Source: Eledone cirrhosa
Taxonomy: Eukaryota
Direction of reading: 5' to 3'
Length of the DNA stretch: 64,000 nucleotides
Assembly: GCA_964016885.1 (NCBI GenBank)
Contig: OZ024743.1
Location: forward strand, 121,458,001 to 121,522,000
Shown here one piece after another: positions 59,472 through 64,000 of the stretch. The notes under the pieces were generated by a model, which was not told the origin of the DNA, did not search any database, and saw nothing but the letters and a program-made list of their open reading frames with translations. Numbering within the stretch: position 1 is the stretch's first letter; every line of letters starts with the position of its first letter. The position numbers were made by a program, and so were the translations under genes.

Positions 59472-59476
<5 letters not shown>
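59281..59476. repeat. Double fold-back built from the terminal sequence of the 12.5-15.5 kb PLE; another fragment at ~48503-48560
   Basis: The sequence gtgaaagca...ttctttgcttaaactttaatctgttattttaataaatatttgctctacgg is shared with 15421-15485. Confidence 0.88.
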
Positions 59477-59514
<38 letters not shown>

Positions 59515-59519
<5 letters not shown>

Positions 59520-60380
59520 GAAAATAGAGAAATTAATGTAAGCAAGAAGCCGACAGTAATTCAGACATATAAGTGACAATTACATCAAGATGAAAAATAT
59601 TTAACGTAAGATATGGGAAAATAATTCAATCCTATTTCAAAATAAGTCAAGATACAAAAATTTCATCCTCAGACCTTGTGTAATCTGGAGAAAAAACTAA
59701 TAGCATCTTAACTCAAAATAAAATCAAGAATAAATACTTATCCGCCAATTTGGGAAAATCTACAAATGCACTATATAGTCCTTCAAAAGACTATTTCACG
59801 AAACTTTTCAGTGGGGTTAGTCACGGTTGGCATCGTTCCTCGGTAGTGCTCAACACGTTAACTAAGTGGCACTGCTAAAATATACCAGAGGGGAATTTAA
59901 AAGCAGGCTAGTCAAACATCGTGTGGAATTGAAATAATAAAAACACACGTGGAGACACGGCTAGTGATGCCGGAATGAGACGAAAGTCTGTTTACAAGAA
60001 ACAGCAGCCAAAACATTCCGAAAAAAATCAACAAAATATATGGAGTTCAGCATAAAGCAATATTATCGCAGTTTTTTTTTTAAACTGGGATTAGTTACAA
60101 ATAATTGTAAGCACTCAAGGAAAAATTCCGAGTTTAAATATATAAATGAAAATAGAGAAATTAGCAAGAAGCCGACAGTGATTCAGACATATAAGTGACT
60201 ATTACATCAAGATGAAAAATATTTAACGTAAGATATGGGAAAATAGTTCAATCCTATTTCAAAACAAGTCAAGAAATAAAAAATTTCATCTTCAGACTTT
60301 GTGTAATCTGGGGAAAAAAACTAATAGAATCTTAACTCAAAATAAAATCAAGAATAAATACTTATCCGTCAATTTGGGAG
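59515..60380. repeat. Two ~240-bp direct repeats (59515-59760 and 60141-60380); a third copy at ~11985-12260
   Basis: Shared aattcag.catataagtgac...catcaagatgaaaaatattt...cttatccg.caattt. Confidence 0.85.
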
Positions 60381-60404
60381 AAAAAAAAAAAAATAAATAA
60401 ATAA

Positions 60405-60472
<68 letters not shown>

Positions 60473-60531
60473 CAAGGCTCTGATACCATCAACACTATAA
60501 ACACAGAGCTGGCATATCTAAGAACTGACTA

Positions 60532-60587
60532 ACTGCCTGATGAGGTCATAGCCATTCAATGGCTATCATCGAAATATATATAGCAAT
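60532..60587 (+). ncRNA. Type I hammerhead ribozyme motif (family H1)
   Basis: actgc-CTGATGA-ggtc atagccat(tca)atggctat catc-GAAA-tatata-TA-gca. Homologues at 10771-10826 (-) and 45735-45791 (-). Confidence 0.72.
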
Positions 60588-60632
60588 AAATAAAGGATTA
60601 TGAGTTCATGCAATTGACTTATGTTTCGTGAC

Positions 60633-60664
<32 letters not shown>

Positions 60665-60675
60665 TATAATCCTCA

Positions 60676-61037
60676 GATGGTGGATGGGTGCTACACAAGA
60701 ATGCTGAGGATGGCTCTGGACATTAATCAGTATACACTGAGGATGAAAAACTCAGAGCTGTATGGGAGCCTCCCAAAAGTCAGCTCAAAGGTGACACAGA
60801 GGAGACTGGAGTTGGCTGGACATGCTCATCGGCATCCAGAGTTGACACTGCACTCAGTGCTCCTGTAGGAGCCCTTACATGGACACACTGAAAGAGGAAG
60901 ACCAAGGTTAACTTATGTTGATGCCCTAAGGACAGACACTGGTCTGTTGGAGACGCAGGACATGGCAGTGATAATGAGGGACAGAGACCGCTGGAGAGAA
61001 CTCGTCCATGGACCTCGGGAATTTTACCCACCCTAGA
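60676..61037 (+). mobile_element. RTE-clade LINE 3' fragment with 12-bp TSD
   Basis: DGCYTRMLRMAL...ELYG.LPKVSSKV.QRRLELAGH..RH. The sequence atataatcctca occurs at 60664-60675 and 61038-61049. Confidence 0.85.
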
Positions 61038-61102
61038 ATATAATCCTCATCGAGCTCTCTTCGGATTTTAGTCTTAACATTTATTATTATTATTATTATT
61101 AT

Positions 61103-64000
61103 TGGCGACCTACGTAGTAAATCGATTTACTATTGTGGCCAGAGACTCGTAAAGATCAGGGTCACCCACGTTCCACTGGCCATCGAAATTCCCTGGCTAA
61201 TAGCTGCCGTCCTCGCCGGCATCGAAGCCAACACCAAGATAATCGAAATAGCGAAAGAAAAGCAGGAAAACTGGTCCGGATCTGGGATGGAGCTCCTGAT
61301 CCAAGCGGACCAAAAAAGCATTGACGAGATCCCAGAGGTAATAGACCTCACTGACGGCAGCCACCTCACCGTAATTGTCGAGGGCAGAAGGCCTAGGGGT
61401 GTCGTTTGTGGTGAAGGAACCCACCTAAGGGCTTTCTGCCCTCAGGCTAAAAGATTGAGGCCACCTCTCCTACCCACCCCAGTGACTCAACCATCAACAC
61501 CACCAGCAGCAGAGATGGCAGCAACAACTGTAGCAGCAACAACAGAAGCAACTGTAACAGCAACAACCCCAGCAACAGTAGCAAAACCAACACCACCATC
61601 ACCCAACGCGCCAGAACTAGCACCAGCGCCTACACCATCCACCACGCCACAACCAAAACTAACGCCTGTGGAGGATTTTCCACTCCCCGGCCTATCACAA
61701 CTGGAGACAGATTGTGACGACGAGGAGTGGGAAACGGTTTCAGGAAAAAAGAAAAAAAGAAACCAAAAAAGAAAAAATTCTCTTCCTTCCCCCTCCAAAA
61801 ACAAAATACAGAGGGAAACAAATAAACTATCAAACAAAAAAGTTAGGACAGATATGCCACCATCCACACCAGCATAACCAACCCCATCACCCCAAACACC
61901 AACCCCATCACCATCATTAACCCCAACACCACCATCACCTACACCACAAAAGTCACCAAAAAGCGAAACAGAAACAAACCCACAACAAACACAAACAAAA
62001 CAAAACAACCAAAACGATACACACTACACAGCATTAACTTTGAACAACAACCAATTATTACACTACATCCAACACAACACCAGCATCACAGAAAAAGACT
62101 AGACAACAACCCAAAAGTTCACACCACCTCCACACATACAAATCACTCGCATCACACAGAAAACGTACATGACACTAAAACAAAAATTCCCCAAAGACAT
62201 CGGAGACTTCCGACAAGCACTCTCCAGGAGGATTTATAAGGACATCCTTCCTTAGGAGGCCACAAGCAGTGAAAAGGATGGAGAAACCGTCCTTCCTCTA
62301 CGAGAAGTAAGATAAGTAGTCTATCCCATCTTTTCCACTCCATTTCAACATGACCTCACTCAGAATAGGCAGCATAAATGCGCGTGGCTTGGGTCGTCAT
62401 GGAAGCAGGACCACCTGCTCAACGACCTCAGGTCACTAAACATAGATGTAGTAGCCATCGGCGAGACCAAAATCTCCGAAGCACGGGCCTTCGCACCGAT
62501 CTTCGGCGGCTACGATGTGTACGCATCTCCCAGCCGTCCGGGATCGGGGGGTAGAGTTGCTGTGCTTTTTCGGAGAGGTTTGGATCTCGCCATACGGGCC
62601 ATCTTCCTGAACCCAGAAGGTAAGTTGGTGGTGCTGGACGTGACCAGCGGAGATGGGCAAGCTTTCAGGCTAGTGGCCGTCTATGCCCCGACAGGAGCAG
62701 GGCGGCCTGATTTCTTCCGGCGTCTGGAGACCCTTCTTGGAACGACCCGCTCTTTAGTGTTAGTGGCCGACTGGAACGAGATCTTAGATGCACGCTGGGA
62801 CTGTGTGGGATTAGCGGATAGGGGAGGAGGGTGCAAGAGTCTCACCAACCTGCTCAGGGGTTTTGAACTGTCTGACAGGTACCGATTGGATTTCCCGAAT
62901 GTGCCAATGTGGACTTGGACAAATCGTATAGGGTCATCCAGATCATATCTAGATAGAGTATTTTGTAGGGAAATAGATAGGTCTAGCATAGGCTGTCCAC
63001 AATTCAAGATAGTCAGCTACACGGACCACAAATTCGTGATCTGTGTGCTTGACTTAGATAAGCTTCATAGACGAGGAGCCGGCTACCGGAAGCTAAACGC
63101 GTCCTTACCAGCGCGCAAGGCCTACAGATACCGGATTAGCGAACTAGTTAAGCGGGCGTTGACGGGAGCCATCGTCAACAACAAGTGGTGGTTTGCTCTG
63201 AAAAGAGCAATTAGAATCGAATCCATTAGGTTTAGTAAGGCTTTAGCAATAGAGAAAAATAGAGCAGAGGGAGAATTAGTTAGAAAATTAGAGGAGGCGC
63301 TTAGCAAAGGCATCGCGACCGACGTACTTGCGGCGAAATTGGCCCTTGACCAATTCTTCAATGCAAAGCACGAAGGCTGCGTTGTCAGAGGTAGGGTGCG
63401 TGCTCTCAGACATGAGGGGACGAAAGCCGTTCAATGGGCCCGAGTGGCGGAGGCGCGTCGTGGCAACAAAGCCACGATCGGGTCTTTGGAGGACCACGAC
63501 GGGCGAATGCTACTCGATCCCGGGCAAATGTGTGGAGCTTTCCAGCGACCCTTTGCCCAGCTGTTCGGGGACAGCGGCGGGCCGAATCGAGGGAGGGACT
63601 TTAGTGTCTACCTCGAAGGACTGCCGCGGCTCTCGGCCACTGAAGCGGAGTGTTTCGAAAAGCCGATAACAGCCGCTGAAGTATGGGGGGCAATGACTGG
63701 CTGCACAAGGGGTAAATCGCCTGGTTTGGATGGTCTGCCCTCTGAACTTTACGTACAGATGCCAGATTTGTTCGAAGGCCTCTTGGCGAACGTCTACTGC
63801 AACTGGCAACAGAACGGGAGAATTCCCAGCTCTGTGAGCCGAGGAGCTGTGGAGCTGCTGAGAAAGGATCCGAACAAGGGGGATAACATAGATAATTTCA
63901 GGCCCATAACTCTGCTAAACACAGAGTTCAAGATTTTGGCCAAGGTGCTAGCAAAGAGGTTGGCGTTTGTCGTTGGTGATCTGGTGGGAGAGGCGCAGAC
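61103..64000 (+). mobile_element. Young Tx1/L1-clade LINE: ORF1 (zinc-knuckle-like) plus ORF2 (APE endonuclease + RT), running off the window
   Basis: ORF2 starts MTSLRIGSINARGL at 62350 with one frameshift near 62394. It is then open to 64000: GETK, VYAP, ADWN, SYLDR, TDH, KSPGLDGLP, NFRPITLLNTEFKILAKVL. It begins next to a (TTA)n run. Confidence 0.93.
62394..64000 (+). CDS. LINE ORF2 (EN-RT), uninterrupted frame missing from the ORF track because it has no stop within the window
   Basis: Manual translation shows no stop codon in this frame from 62394 to the window end. Confidence 0.85.

Noticed and set aside
59860-60000. GIY-YIG-like peptide (RGEFKSRLVKHR) between the direct repeats
   Set aside because: Too short, and the neighbouring sequence resembles decayed SINE material.

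Overview
AT-rich, microsatellite-dense eukaryotic DNA. The tRNA-derived SINE family, the (TA)n/(CA)n/(GA)n density and the LINE content suggest a cephalopod (Octopus-like) genome; that assignment is an inference. Most ORFs in the supplied track are microsatellite artefacts. Two spliced genes can be reconstructed by hand, arranged tail to tail about 5.7 kb apart. On the + strand is a single-pass membrane protein with a Thr-rich mucin-like stalk (exons ~34360-34789, 36077-36122, 40993-41022, 42550-42690; start exon not found). On the - strand are the last four exons of a divergent ionotropic glutamate receptor family subunit (54169-54068, 53308-53064, 49293-49113, 48426-48355; S2, M4 and C-tail), whose 5' part lies beyond the window. 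The rest is mobile DNA: two Penelope-like elements (RT + GIY-YIG, one bracketed by ~700-bp inverted repeats), an R4/Dong-type RLE LINE, a CRE-like fragment, RTE fragments, a young Tx1/L1-like LINE with an open EN-RT frame running off the window, about 20 copies of one SINE, two TA-flanked MITEs and probable Helitron ends. The most notable pattern is a set of short, mutually unrelated non-coding elements that sit in or next to (TA)n arrays. They carry hammerhead-ribozyme cores (CUGANGA...GAAA..UH), several with compensatory stem changes, or carry only the GAAA-palindrome-UA half inside fold-back hairpins.
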